Positions 49,705 to 60,944 of a stretch of DNA of 64,000 bases are shown here, in pieces (within the stretch, counting starts at the first letter, position 1; every line of letters begins with the position of its first letter). Below the pieces are notes generated by a model. That model was not told where the DNA came from. It did not search any database and worked only from the letters and a program-made list of their open reading frames with translations. A program made the position numbers and the translations under genes. Origin of the DNA: Moniliella sp. 'wahieum' (lineage: Eukaryota); the NCBI GenBank assembly GCA_003971905.1, contig RSEE01000047.1, forward strand, positions 248,001 to 312,000. Direction: 5' to 3'.

Positions 49705-52141
49705 TTACGAAACGACTTCGAGTCCATACTCACTCATTGTCCCGGCCAACGCAGCCCCCAGGTCCGCGCCCGAGTCGGGTTCCGTGTCGTCCTGAAAAGC
49801 GGCCCACTGAGCAAGTGTTGGTGCGCCAAATCGTGGCACCAACGCTCGCGGATGTGGAAGTAAGGGTGCGGGGACACGGTGAGCTTCGAGCCGAGCCCAG
49901 TCCATCTTGGTGTCCTGGTGAGCAGCACTGGGGGGGATCGGATTCCTGGGCTCGCCTGCAAACCAAGCATGGCGCATCACGTCCTCAATCCCGCCAGGGA
50001 GACTGCCCAAACGGCGGCGTGGGTCAGGCTCAAGAAGACCCGCAATGAGGTGAGAAGCTTGTCGCATGGGCGAGTCCCTCCTCCCGAGGAAATGCCCGCT
50101 GGAAGTAGGAAAGGCAGCCTGCACCGCCCCTTCAACGTCCACTTTTTCGATCCCACGGAGGATGTTGGTGTACACAGGGGATGAGGGCACTGGGTGTACA
50201 GGAGGCTCCCTGTTGGGAGCGGGGTCGGCCGGGTGGGAGGAAGGGGGTGGGACATGGCCCTGTTCGTCGGTGGAAGACGAGAGGCCAGATGGAGAGCAGG
50301 AGACATCCGACCTGGAGGAAGACCACGATACTTGGGATCCAGCCTTGCGTGGAGGACCTTGTACGGAAAAGGGGGTGAACCCAGCTAGCATCTCGAACAC
50401 CAGCACACCCAGGGCCCAAAAGTCGACGGCTTGGTCGTGCGGGCGCCGAAGCACCATCTCAGGGGCCAAATACTCCTCCGTGCCACAAAGGGAAAACGTA
50501 CGACCATGTACCATACGGGGGGGCGCCTGCTCCCTCTGATCAACATTGCTGTTCGAAGCTGATCCCAAAGAAGGGGACGCGGGCTGGACCATGTCCCTTG
50601 GTAAAACTCTTTTCGCCAAGCCAAAGTCGCACAACTTGGGATACCCATCGGCCCCCAAGACAACATTCTCTGGCTTAAGATCGCGGAAGATGATGTGCTC
50701 ATCGTGTAGATAGCGTAAGGCGAGGAGGATGCAGGCGGTAAAAAACTGGGCTTCGTCCCCACGAAGGTGACCTGTGGGCAAGTGGCGAAGCAAATGAAAC
50801 AGATCGCCTCCTGGGATGTACTCGAGGACAAGGTAGCACCGTTTGGTATCTTGTCCAGACGCAAAGTACGACACCACCGATGGGTGTGCAAGGTCGACAG
50901 GAGATTCCGTTCTCGTAATGTGTTCTCCACCTGGTTGAGTTGGACGATCCGGCTCTTAGAGATGACCTTAACCGCATACAGTTGGCTCTTGTTTCCATTT
51001 TGGGGGTGACTCGTGCCGGGGTCAACCAGAAGGACGTGGCCAAAGGTTCCAACGCCAAGACTTTGAAGCACTGTAAGGCGACTCAGCTGAATTGGTCGGT
51101 TGTTGTGAAGAGAGGAAGCTGCGGAGGGAGAAGACGTGGACGCTCGCGGGGTGGGAGGACAGGCCAAAGCGAATGCACCGCCGCGTCGCCATGCGCTTTT
51201 TTCATCCCTCTGTTCCATACGCGATGGGCTACTTGAACTATCGTGGAGGTTGGGAACGGCAGAGCATGCTGGACGTGCAATGGTGGTGGTAAGTAAAGGT
51301 TGTGGAGTCGATCCTAATTGCTCCGAAAGAGCATCTCCCCGGGCATTGAGCTTGGTTGGGGTAGATTCCTGGGTCAGTGGAAGCGGGCGAAGGAACTTGG
51401 AGGGGGGCAAAGAGGAGCCAAGGTGATCAGGGCGGCGTTTTCGGGAGCCAGAAAGGCAGGGCAGAAGAGAGTGGGAAGAGAGGATTCCAGCGTCCTTGGC
51501 CCAGGCCAGGCACTCAGAGTTAAGCTGGGGCATGACCGAGGCCAGGCCCAGCTGGGCACGTACGCGATCACGTAAGTGGAGGGGAATGTGCCTGGAAGGT
51601 AAGGACCACAGAGGGATGTAGGGGGCGTTAGCGGCCATGGCGGCGGTCCGCTCCAGCAGGGCCTGGTCGGCCTGTTGGACGAGGTGGTGGAGACGCTGTT
51701 GCAAGGAAGGGGGCAGGGCAGGGGGCGAGGAACTGGTGGGCGCGATAGCAGGACTGGATGCAGAGGGGACATCGCTGGTGCCAGGTGCCAAGGCCACGGC
51801 CGACATCAGATCGAGCCCGGCCCAACGGATGTCATGCCCGCCCCGGGGATGGGGTAAACGGTGAGGTGTTTGCTGGCGAGCTCACGCTCTGCCGTACCAA
51901 AAGCGTCTTGCGGCTGGGGCGGAGGGGGGACAAGGGGGGACGAGGGGCGAGGAGCGGGCGGCATGGCGGGCGGCTGGCGTGGAGAGGCCGGGGGAAGAGG
52001 CTGGCTAGGCCCGGAAGCGGGCGTGCAGCAAGCGAGCGGCAGGAGGGCAGGAGGAGGAGGCAGCGGCGGCGGGTGGTTGGGCCGACGGCAGATGGGGGTT
52101 GGCGGCGTTCGGGCGGCCGGGAGGAGGCTTGGCGGTAGCAT
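49705..52141 (-). CDS. AGC Ser/Thr kinase, PKA catalytic-subunit-like (divergent); start uncertain
   Basis: LGVGTFGHV, YAVKVISKSRIVQLNQVENTLRER, LEYIPGGDLF, FRDLKPEN, DFGLAK, TFSLCGTEEYLAPE, VDFWALGVL; frameshift near 50880. Confidence 0.9.
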
Positions 52142-53020
52142 GATCTGTGTGATACGTGTGATCGGGATGATCGGGATGATCGGGATGATCGATGATTAAT
52201 GATTGATGCACAGCGGCCATGCGCCTACGAAGAATGATTAAATTTTAAGGAGTGCGATGTGCTGGCTGCCGCCGTGTCCCAGTCGCCGCCACGCGCCCCC
52301 CGCCTCTGCATCAGCCATTCCGCACCGCCAGCACCACGCCAGCCAACGCCCCTAGCCGAGTGCAGCTTGTGGTGCTCCCTGCAGTCTGCTCCAGGCGCCG
52401 CCGTGCCGAGTGCCTCGTGACTGTGACATGTGTGTCCTGTGCCATGTGACATGTGACACATGCATGATGCAGGCACCAACTGACGACGTACTGACGCTCA
52501 GGCGCTGCTTCAAGCTTCAGCCTGCGCTTCACTAGTAGCTGACTGCCTCACCAGTGCCGGCCCTGAGGCCGTCCCGAGGGCTGTGGCTAAGCACTTGTGG
52601 GGGTGTAGACAAAACGCCGAGCATCAACGCCATCCAAATAAAAGGTCGAGGGTTGCATTGGGTGCTGTGGACGATCGTGGACACTGCCAAGCTGGTGGCG
52701 CTGGCTACGTGCCCAACCTGAGCCCATGCACTCATGGCGTATCCCGCTGCAGAGAACGTCTAGTATGATACGGCGCTTCAATAACATCAAATCGTTTCCA
52801 GTCCGTGACGCGTTAATCAAGTGATTCTATACATACACAGCTGCCGATATCCATCAGCCATCAAGCTTCAAGCTTCCAGCTTCCAGCTTCAAGCACCGAT
52901 GGGCCAATGGAAGGGGCAGCAGCAGCCAAGGCCAACCCGCCGGGCCTAGGCAGACAATGGTCGCCCCCCCTGTGGTGCATGATGCAGATATACAGGATCC
53001 GAAGCATATGCACTTCCCCC

Positions 53021-54914
53021 TTAGGCATCCAACTTGGCCACCGGAGATTCGGCCGACGAAGGCGAGACAGGGTCCGAAAGGCCGTCCTTGTCGTCCGAGA
53101 CAGGATAGTCCTCCCCAAGAGTGTCACGCGGCACCTCTTCCTCACCAAGGTCGACAGCGAGCGTCTGCTCCATGTTCAACTTGGCGTCCGTCAGGAAGAT
53201 GGTCGCCAGAATGGGCACCACCGAGACAACGATCGCGATAATGAGCATAATGTGCCAGTACTTGGCATACGCCCCAATGAGCGCAGAGCGATTGGGTGTG
53301 CCCATGGCCCAACCCGGGTCCGAGATGACGTTAAAGGGGTTGCCCGCAGCCGCGGCCACCTCGGTGGGAGTCAGACTGGGTGCCAGCTTGGCGAGTTGAG
53401 CAGGCAGGACAGTCTTCTGGACCGCACCTGCTACGGCCGAGCCAATCGCACCACCCACTTCCGTCATGAGCAAGACGAAGGCGGTCACCATAGCCACATC
53501 GGCATGCGGGACCAAAACCTGCGCCGCCACTTGCAGTTGAACGCCCAAAATGCCACCGCCAAAGCCCTGGATGATCTGGGGAATGACAAGCTGAGCCGTA
53601 GTCGATCCTTCTCCGCGGTACCGGATCATCAAGCCAATGCCCACCATACGGACGCAGGCCCCAGCGAACATTTGCCACTTGTAGCGCATGGTGTAGGCCG
53701 ATAGGATACCGCCCATAATACCAAATACAGTCAAGGACAACGATTGGCAGTTGGAGAAGTAGTTTGCTTGCTGCGCGTTCCATCCTTTCACGACCATAGC
53801 CCACAGGTATGCGTTGGTCCACGAACAGTAGAATGCGAAGAAGTCGGTAACACCAATGATCATGGGAACCATCACTGTTATGGAGCAAAGACAGATCAGT
53901 AGCTGTCAAACGAAACAGAATGAAAACACGCACCGTCCTTGTTAGTCACATATCGCTGACGGATCAATGGCTCCAATGCACAAAACTTCTCCCACAACAC
54001 CAGAAGTCCCAAGCACGCGGGCCCAACCAAAATCATCACGATCGAGTGGGCTTGGCGCCACGTTTTCTCGCTACCCCCCGCCAAATCGATGGCCAGGAGA
54101 ATCAACAACCATCCAGCCACGACAAGAAGGATACCAGGGATATCGAGGGCGCGGAGAAAGGGGACCCATCCTACCCAACGTTCCCGCAACGAGGGTGTCA
54201 AGCCATTGCGCCGTGCGCTCCACTGCGACATGATCAAAATAGAAAGGATGGGAATAGCCACAACAGGAACAATGATGCTCATCATTCCGGCCCCCCAGCG
54301 CCATCCTCCTGTGGACGACTTGCTGCAGGTCATGGTGGGGCAGATGGCATTTACAATGCGAGGAACAACCGCAAAGTTAATGACATATGGCAACGATACC
54401 AGACCGATCGCCATACCGCGGAAGCGGTAGGTACCCAGTCGGCAATCACGATTTGCTGCATGATCTGAACGCCCGTGTTGCCTGTGGCGTAGATGGCTGT
54501 GCCAGCCCAGATGGCGCCCATGTTTTGGCTGGCCGCCACAATGATAAACCCAACAGTGTAAAAGCCAACCGAGAGACAGTACGCTTGGGCCCGCCCAAAG
54601 ACGTCAGCCAACCGCGCAATCGGTAGCTTCATGACGCCAATCAAGACTTGCTGCACAACAGAAAGGGCCGTGTAGGAGGACAGGTAGGTGCCAAAGTACG
54701 AGGTGGCAGCCGTGATCCAGGCATAGTAGGACTGGTTGTCCATCCCGTTGACATAGCTCATGAGGCCAATGCCAATCCAGGCGCCATAGAGGAGGTATCG
54801 GTTGCGGTGCGCATAGGCGCGGGCAGCCTCGGCCTTGGACACACCGCCCTGAGCGATGGATACCATTGCGGCAGCGTCCGAACCGGTCTGCTGCTTGTGG
54901 GGAAGAGAGAGCAT
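53021..54914 (-). CDS. siderophore-iron MFS transporter (ARN/SIT/MirB family)
   Basis: KLPIARLADVFGR, QQIVIAD, WRWGAGMMSII, LDIPG, QIIQGFGGG, QVAAQVLVPHADVAMVTA, EVGGAIGSAVAGA; intron ~53875-53933; one frameshift near 54420. Confidence 0.92.
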
Positions 54915-55257
54915 GGAAGCGGGGCGGCTCAGTGGGAGTAAAGGGATGGCTTCCGGGTCGCCGCGGTCGAAGGAAGAAGGGCGGAGGCGGGGGGGTGGTG
55001 GGACGAACCCATTGAGTGGGGCGGAGGGATGCTCCTTTTAGGCAGTGGCGTGTGGCGGCGGGCAAACGCGTCCAGGTCCCCGCGGGAGGTTGGCCGCGTA
55101 CAGCAGAATTTGGGGGGCAGGCACAGGCGTCAAGCTTCAGGCGCTGGGCCTCGAGAGGCTGACGACGCCGGATGGCGCTGAGCCATTTTTGCATACTCCC
55201 GCAGAGCCGCCCCCGCGCCAAGGCGCTGCTCTACAATTTCATTGCTCACAGCCTCTT

Positions 55258-55267
55258 CTTATCTGAT
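55258..55267 (-). promoter_or_regulatory. iron-responsive GATA-repressor site (ATCWGATAA)
   Basis: ATCAGATAAG on the minus strand, ~350 bp upstream of the siderophore transporter. Confidence 0.65.
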
Positions 55268-56999
55268 CGGACCGGTGCATCCGTCGCACTCAGCAACATT
55301 GAATTTTGCCCACCAAATTCCATTTCTTCGCGTCCGCACCGAGCGAGCAGGACGCCCACAATGCATGAGCGAGACGCGTGATGTCGCACACTCTCTCATT
55401 CGGACGTGCGACATGTGACGCGTGACGTGCCCAGACCCAGGCGCCCGAGCGGAGGCGCGCAGACCGGAGACCGTTGCGCTGTCTGCGGTGCCTGTGCTGT
55501 GCCTGCTGTGCCTGCTGTGCCTGCTGCGCCTGGCTGGTCTGGTATGCTATACCAGGCATCGACCGTCTGCGCTGCTCTTTTCTGCCGCCTGGAATGATCG
55601 ATGCTATGATGCAGAGGATGCTAGAGTGAAATGCTCTCAAACTCACACCCTAGTAGTTATTGATGCATGATGAGATCTGACAAGACGCAAAAAAAATATT
55701 CTCCGCGTTTGACCCCTTGGGCCTAGGGCCGCTGTGTGGTCTCTCCGGCCTCGGCCCCCCACAGACCACAGACCTCCAGTCCCTCCTCCCCCAGGCTACC
55801 CCTCCGCACAAGTCACTCAGGGACCTCACGTCTCAGCCACAGCCTCGACACCTCACGCATCGCGCGCCACGCCTCTCACAAAGTCACACCAGTCACAGAC
55901 GTATGGCAGGGGGTGCGTTCCAGGCCCCCTCTCGCCCAATCCAACTGTCGCCACAGTCCGTACTTTGGTGAGAAGTGAGTTTAATTACAGAAGCGTATTC
56001 TTATGGGCGCCCCTCTGCTATGCTCTTTTTGGGATCACCTGTCACATGTCACATGTCACAGCATACAATGACTGTTCTGTTGTAAAAACATGAAGAAGTT
56101 CATTTGCTTCGCTATAAACAGAACCTTTGGGACGCTGTGCACTATGCTACGGCACGGTCATCCCTTACGCGTGTTCCTTTGTATTCCATTTCGCTAGCGA
56201 TAGTTAGTACACCCTACCCTATATATGGGACTGAAATGCGACATGCACTCATGAAGCTTCAAAAGGTTCTACTTCAACCGTTGACCGTGTACACCAACAA
56301 CGTTCAACCTCAGACCTTAGGCCATCAGTGCAACAGTGTTGCCTCAGGCCCTTTTGGCAAAGTATCGTCCATCGCACCGTCCCCTCCTACTTTCCGGTAA
56401 CCAGGAATATAACCAGCAGGGGCATCGGAGAGAGATACAAATAATGTGAGACGCTTTCGTGACAGATGCGCCCTGGGGCCTCGACCTCCTTTTTGAGTAT
56501 AGTGCCCCAGAAGCCTCAGGCCGAGGCCTCATGTGACGTGTGAGTGTGACATATGCATAAGGAATGGGTGCAATCTGATCTCGATCTCATATGCATCATG
56601 CACCAGCATCATCAATCTTCATATTCAACGTCAACGGTGGGGTATGAATGTAATGCACTTTTCAGCCAGTTGTTTCAGGCGAATGGCCTCCTGTAGCATG
56701 AGCCCCCTGGACGCAACGGCCCCAATGCTGCACAGTGCCTGAACGTTGAACCTCCTCAAGCTGAGGCCCTGACGCCCTGAGGTGTTGAGCCGGGTGGCTT
56801 GTGCTTTGGCCAATGTCCCTTCAGTTCCACGTCAGGCCTAGGAGTTCCGCTGTTTTCTCCTGTTTTTTCCTTGTCCCGCAGCTTAGCCCCTGATGGCGAC
56901 TCGCTGCTTGGTCTTCCTCTGTAGGCTTTACTGGCTGCCGCACCACCACCACCAGTGCGATTGCATCACTCTTGAGGACCATCTGGACTACAGATCTCA

Positions 57000-57670
57000 T
57001 CATGAATCATGAGGCTTTAAGCTTTAACGTCCTTAACCCTTAAGGCCGGGCCTTAGGCCTTAGGTAGGCCTTAACGTCCGGAACTTCTGAATCGATCTGA
57101 ATACGTTCAGTTGTACGTTGAGATGGTGACAGCGTCTCAACGCACACAGGCCTCCGACCTCCGGGACTCAGGTACTCACTCAGGTACTCAGGCCTGAGCG
57201 CCTGAGCGCGCCCTGAGCGCCTGAGCGCGCCCTGAGCGCTCAGCTGAGCCCTCAGTAGTCCAGACTCCGGCCTCAAGTTGACCTCAGGCACTCAGAACTC
57301 AGTGCACGCAGTACAGACCATTAATCTAATCGATCGCATGTTAGCGGCTTCGCGCAAAGGCTTAGCATTTATAAATTTAACTCCCCAATAGGTACCTCGC
57401 CAAGGCTCGTCACGCGTCACGCGTCACACGTCACACGTCACGCGTCACGCGTCACACGTCACTAGTGACTAGTCACTAGCACTGCGACCCCGCTCACCGG
57501 TCACATGGTCACATGCATCATGCATCACATGCACAGGCCACAGGACATCGATCATCACCGGCCCATCACCGGTCAGCGTCAGGGCCAGCGTTTGACCCGC
57601 GAGCGCATTCTCGAGGATCAATGATCGATGATCGATGATTAAGACGATGATCGATGACCGGTGACCGGTA
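57000..57670. repeat. dense mosaic of short palindrome-based tandem arrays
   Basis: Successive blocks of AGGCCT, AGTACT-like, AGCGC, ACGCGT-C (57408-57460), ACTAGT, ATGCAT, ATCGAT-G, ACCGGT-G units. Confidence 0.85.
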
Positions 57671-58257
57671 CCTGGCTCTCAAACACAGTATGGCTTGGCA
57701 AAAAATGTTGTATGGTGGACCAGGCGGTGGCACAGAGGATCACCTAGCTTACTTTTGGCAGCAGGTCTTTTGGTATCCACAGCTATGGTGTGTTCTGGAA
57801 TCGGGAGGGTGGAGAGGCTCATTCGTATGTCTGGGTCATTTACTTGGTTGTCCCGGATCTGCCCCCTGAGGCCCAGGCCTGAGGTCTTAAGAATAACAAT
57901 AAGCTTCCAGTAATCATTTCTCTTCTCTGGGCCGTTTTCGATGGAGCAAGGGAAGTATAGATCTCCCCTCTAACGTGCATTTTCGGGTTTGGGGGGTCAA
58001 GTGATCAAAGCCTATGAACGTGTCGGTTCTGGAATTCCCACCAAGGCGCTATTTTACGCACACGTAGAAGCAGATCGTGTATTGGCAATCAGATCACAGG
58101 CAAAAGAGATAAACGATGGTTATATACGCGATGTTCCTGGGGCAGGTAGGTGGGAATAGGCAATTATTGCACAGGGCGACAACATCGCATGCAGTCAATT
58201 GTGGAGCGGCGGTGCCATGCGCACTTGAGCGCTGAGCATAGGAGGGAAACAGGTTGA

Positions 58258-60114
58258 TCACAGTTGGGGGCGGAGGGCTTGGGTGTGCTGTTGCAGTTCG
58301 GCTGGGTCGGCCGAGTCGTCAACCCAAAAGTTGCGCGCATTGTCAAGTTCCTCTCCGTCAATCCCGACGGACATGACGGCTGGGTGCTTACTAGGCCGTC
58401 CATGGGGCAAGAGCGGGCGCCCATGATCCAACCGATCTTGAAGTTGGGCCAGCGTCGGCATCCGCCCGATCCGCATCAACTCGGCCGCCTTCATCACTAC
58501 CGGGTCCCGACCCATACTGGCCACCGCTACAATCCGGCCTTGACGGTGATAGTAGGCGACAAAGCGCAAGTCCTGTACCTGGCCATCCAGCAAGATGCCA
58601 TCAAAGCCCGGGCCCGTGCCGTCCGACGCGTACCGCAGCGCCGCGCCGAGCGCCGACCAGAAGATGGGAATGCGGTCAAACTTGGCCGTCGACGGCAGCT
58701 TGCCTGCGATCCACTCGCCGACAAACCGGCCGTGGTTCGAAGCAACATTGTAGTGCTCTGTGCGGCCCAGTTTGGCGCCGTCGCGCGTGGGCGCCGTCGC
58801 AATGTCTCCAATGGCAAAAATTCGGTCCGTGTCAAGACCTTGCACTCGCATCGCAGCATCCACCACGACGCTTCCGTCGCGCTGAAGTTCGGGGAATCCC
58901 GGGGTGGCACGGAGGTACTCGGTCGCAGGCGCCACTCCCACGCCCAACACCACCACTTGCGCCGGCAGACGCACTTCGGCGCCTTGCTTGTCCTTGATGA
59001 TGACGGCGCTTACGGTGCCCTTGTCGTCGCCCTCAAAGCGCACCACACCCGCTTGCATGTAAAACTGAATCAGCGTCGTCTCCTCCAGGACGGAACGGAT
59101 GCCACCACCGACTTGGGGACCCAACACGCGCTCAAACGGCTCCGTCTCCATCCCCACCACCGACACTGACTTGGCGCGCTTTTGGGACGCCAGTGCCACC
59201 GCCGCCTCGCACCCAATGAACGACGATCCAATCACGACCACGTCCCGGTCCCCCTCATCGCCCAGAGCTTTGGTCAGCATGCTCACGTCCGAGATGCCGC
59301 GCATGGTGAGGATGTTGTCCAGCTGGCCCTCGCCCAGCTTGGCTCCAGGCAAGGGCAGCCGCCTCGGCGTACCGCCCGAGGCAAGGACCAGATGATGATA
59401 CGGCACCGTAGCACCCGATTCCAGCACCACTTGGTTCTGCTGTAGGTCGAGGCGCACGACCCGCGACTCGATGAGCAGTTTGACCTTGAGCACACGCTCA
59501 AAATGGGCAGGAGAGCGCCACGTGACAGGACCCGCGCTGCCCACCAACGCTTTGCTCAGCCGTGGCCGATCCACAGGGGGGTTGGCCTCGGCGGTAATGA
59601 TGGTGATGCTGCCTGTGTAACCGGCGGCGCGAGCCGCCTCGGCCACATTCAACGCGCCCGGTCCGCCGCCCACGACGACAATCCCGGGCGAAGGAGGGGG
59701 CGTGGCGGCGGCAATGGCGGAACCTGGGGCGGCGGCAGGAGCGGGACCCTCAGCTTTGCCCCGCAGCAGCTCTGGATCAGCTTGGACGAACACTTTGTCG
59801 CCCTCAATCGTGAGCGGAAGCGATTGGAGCGGGTTGAGCGCCGGCGCATCTTCTATGTCGCCCGTTTGAACGCGGAAGCACGCGCCGTGCCAGGGACAGG
59901 TCAGTCGGCCGCTCTTGGTCAGCACGCCGCCAGTCAAGGGAGCGCCATAGTGCGTGCACTTGGCCGACGTGGCATACAGCTTGCCGCCGGCCGGGTTGGA
60001 GATGAGCACCTGCACCGCATCCTTCTCCCCGGGCAGCTCGGCAAACGGCACGGCGACGGCATGGCCAAGCGGAATGTCGCTCACGCGGGCAACACAGCGC
60101 GTCTCGACGGGCAT
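58258..60114 (-). CDS. AIF-like Rieske [2Fe-2S] + FAD/NAD(P)H oxidoreductase (AIFM3 type)
   Basis: CTHYGAPL..CPWHGACF Rieske motif; VVVGGGPG, DRPRLSK, LASGG, VIGSSFIGCE, FAIGDIA, IPIFWS; intact ORF. Confidence 0.93.
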   Translation of the reverse strand: MPVETRCVARVSDIPLGHAVAVPFAELPGEKDAVQVLISNPAGGKLYATSAKCTHYGAPLTGGVLTKSGRLTCPWHGACFRVQTGDIEDAPALNPLQSLPLTIEGDKVFVQADPELLRGKAEGPAPAAAPGSAIAAATPPPSPGIVVVGGGPGALNVAEAARAAGYTGSITIITAEANPPVDRPRLSKALVGSAGPVTWRSPAHFERVLKVKLLIESRVVRLDLQQNQVVLESGATVPYHHLVLASGGTPRRLPLPGAKLGEGQLDNILTMRGISDVSMLTKALGDEGDRDVVVIGSSFIGCEAAVALASQKRAKSVSVVGMETEPFERVLGPQVGGGIRSVLEETTLIQFYMQAGVVRFEGDDKGTVSAVIIKDKQGAEVRLPAQVVVLGVGVAPATEYLRATPGFPELQRDGSVVVDAAMRVQGLDTDRIFAIGDIATAPTRDGAKLGRTEHYNVASNHGRFVGEWIAGKLPSTAKFDRIPIFWSALGAALRYASDGTGPGFDGILLDGQVQDLRFVAYYHRQGRIVAVASMGRDPVVMKAAELMRIGRMPTLAQLQDRLDHGRPLLPHGRPSKHPAVMSVGIDGEELDNARNFWVDDSADPAELQQHTQALRPQL

Positions 60115-60944
60115 GGTGGGTGCGCGGAGACAAGGAGGAGGTGGGGGTGGGGGACGATGGGGTGGCGATGGAGGGCTGTGGGGAAGACGCAGCTGGGGCC
60201 GTGATAAAAGCAAAGCAACGCAGGTCGCCCATCCGAAGCGCCGGGCCAGCGGGGATTGCCCGAGTCCTGAGGCCCAGGACGCAACTGAGTTTGAAAACGG
60301 ATTATGAATTTCCGGGCGGCAAGCGCGTTGCAACCCGGCGGCCCCGGCGCGGGTCGAGTAACTAGTAACGATTGGACATTGATCTTGGGCGCTCCGGCAG
60401 GCTGCCACCGGCTAGGACGCCTCCATTATCAGTACGCAGTACCCTCGGCAGAAAGCCCGCGGCAGCGCGCCTGCCAGCCGTTGGCCAGGCCAACTCCGCT
60501 GAACATTTCACACCGCCTGCTCCGTACTACGCCATACTCGGCCGTCGATTAATAATCGATGGATGGCGGATGATCAATCGCTCGCCTCCACTGCTCCACT
60601 GCCCTCCGGCCTCACCGACTCACCCGCCTCGCCCGCACACGCCGGGCCCAAGGCGGCTCTCGACAATCGCAGGCAGAAGGAACTGGGTACTGGCTGCCCT
60701 CCAATAGCGCGCCCCAGCACATATACCGCATAGACCTCCTACAGCCAGCATCCGTCTGTCTCTACCCTCAGGCCTGAGGACTCTGTACTTGTCGGCTTTG
60801 CGAACTGGGCGCACGTCAAAAAAAACACCAAACGCCCTTCTCCGCCGGTAGGGCGTCAGCTAACTGAGTCCGACGTGGCGCGTGACGCGTGACGCCTGCC
60901 TTGTCGCGCTTTCCGCGCTTGTCATTTTCTCTCAGAAGGCCATG

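Noticed and set aside
44846..60114. Metabolic or iron gene cluster (hydrolase, TauD, siderophore transporter, Rieske reductase)
   Set aside because: No NRPS, PKS or other backbone enzyme; genes are interspersed with a tRNA and a kinase
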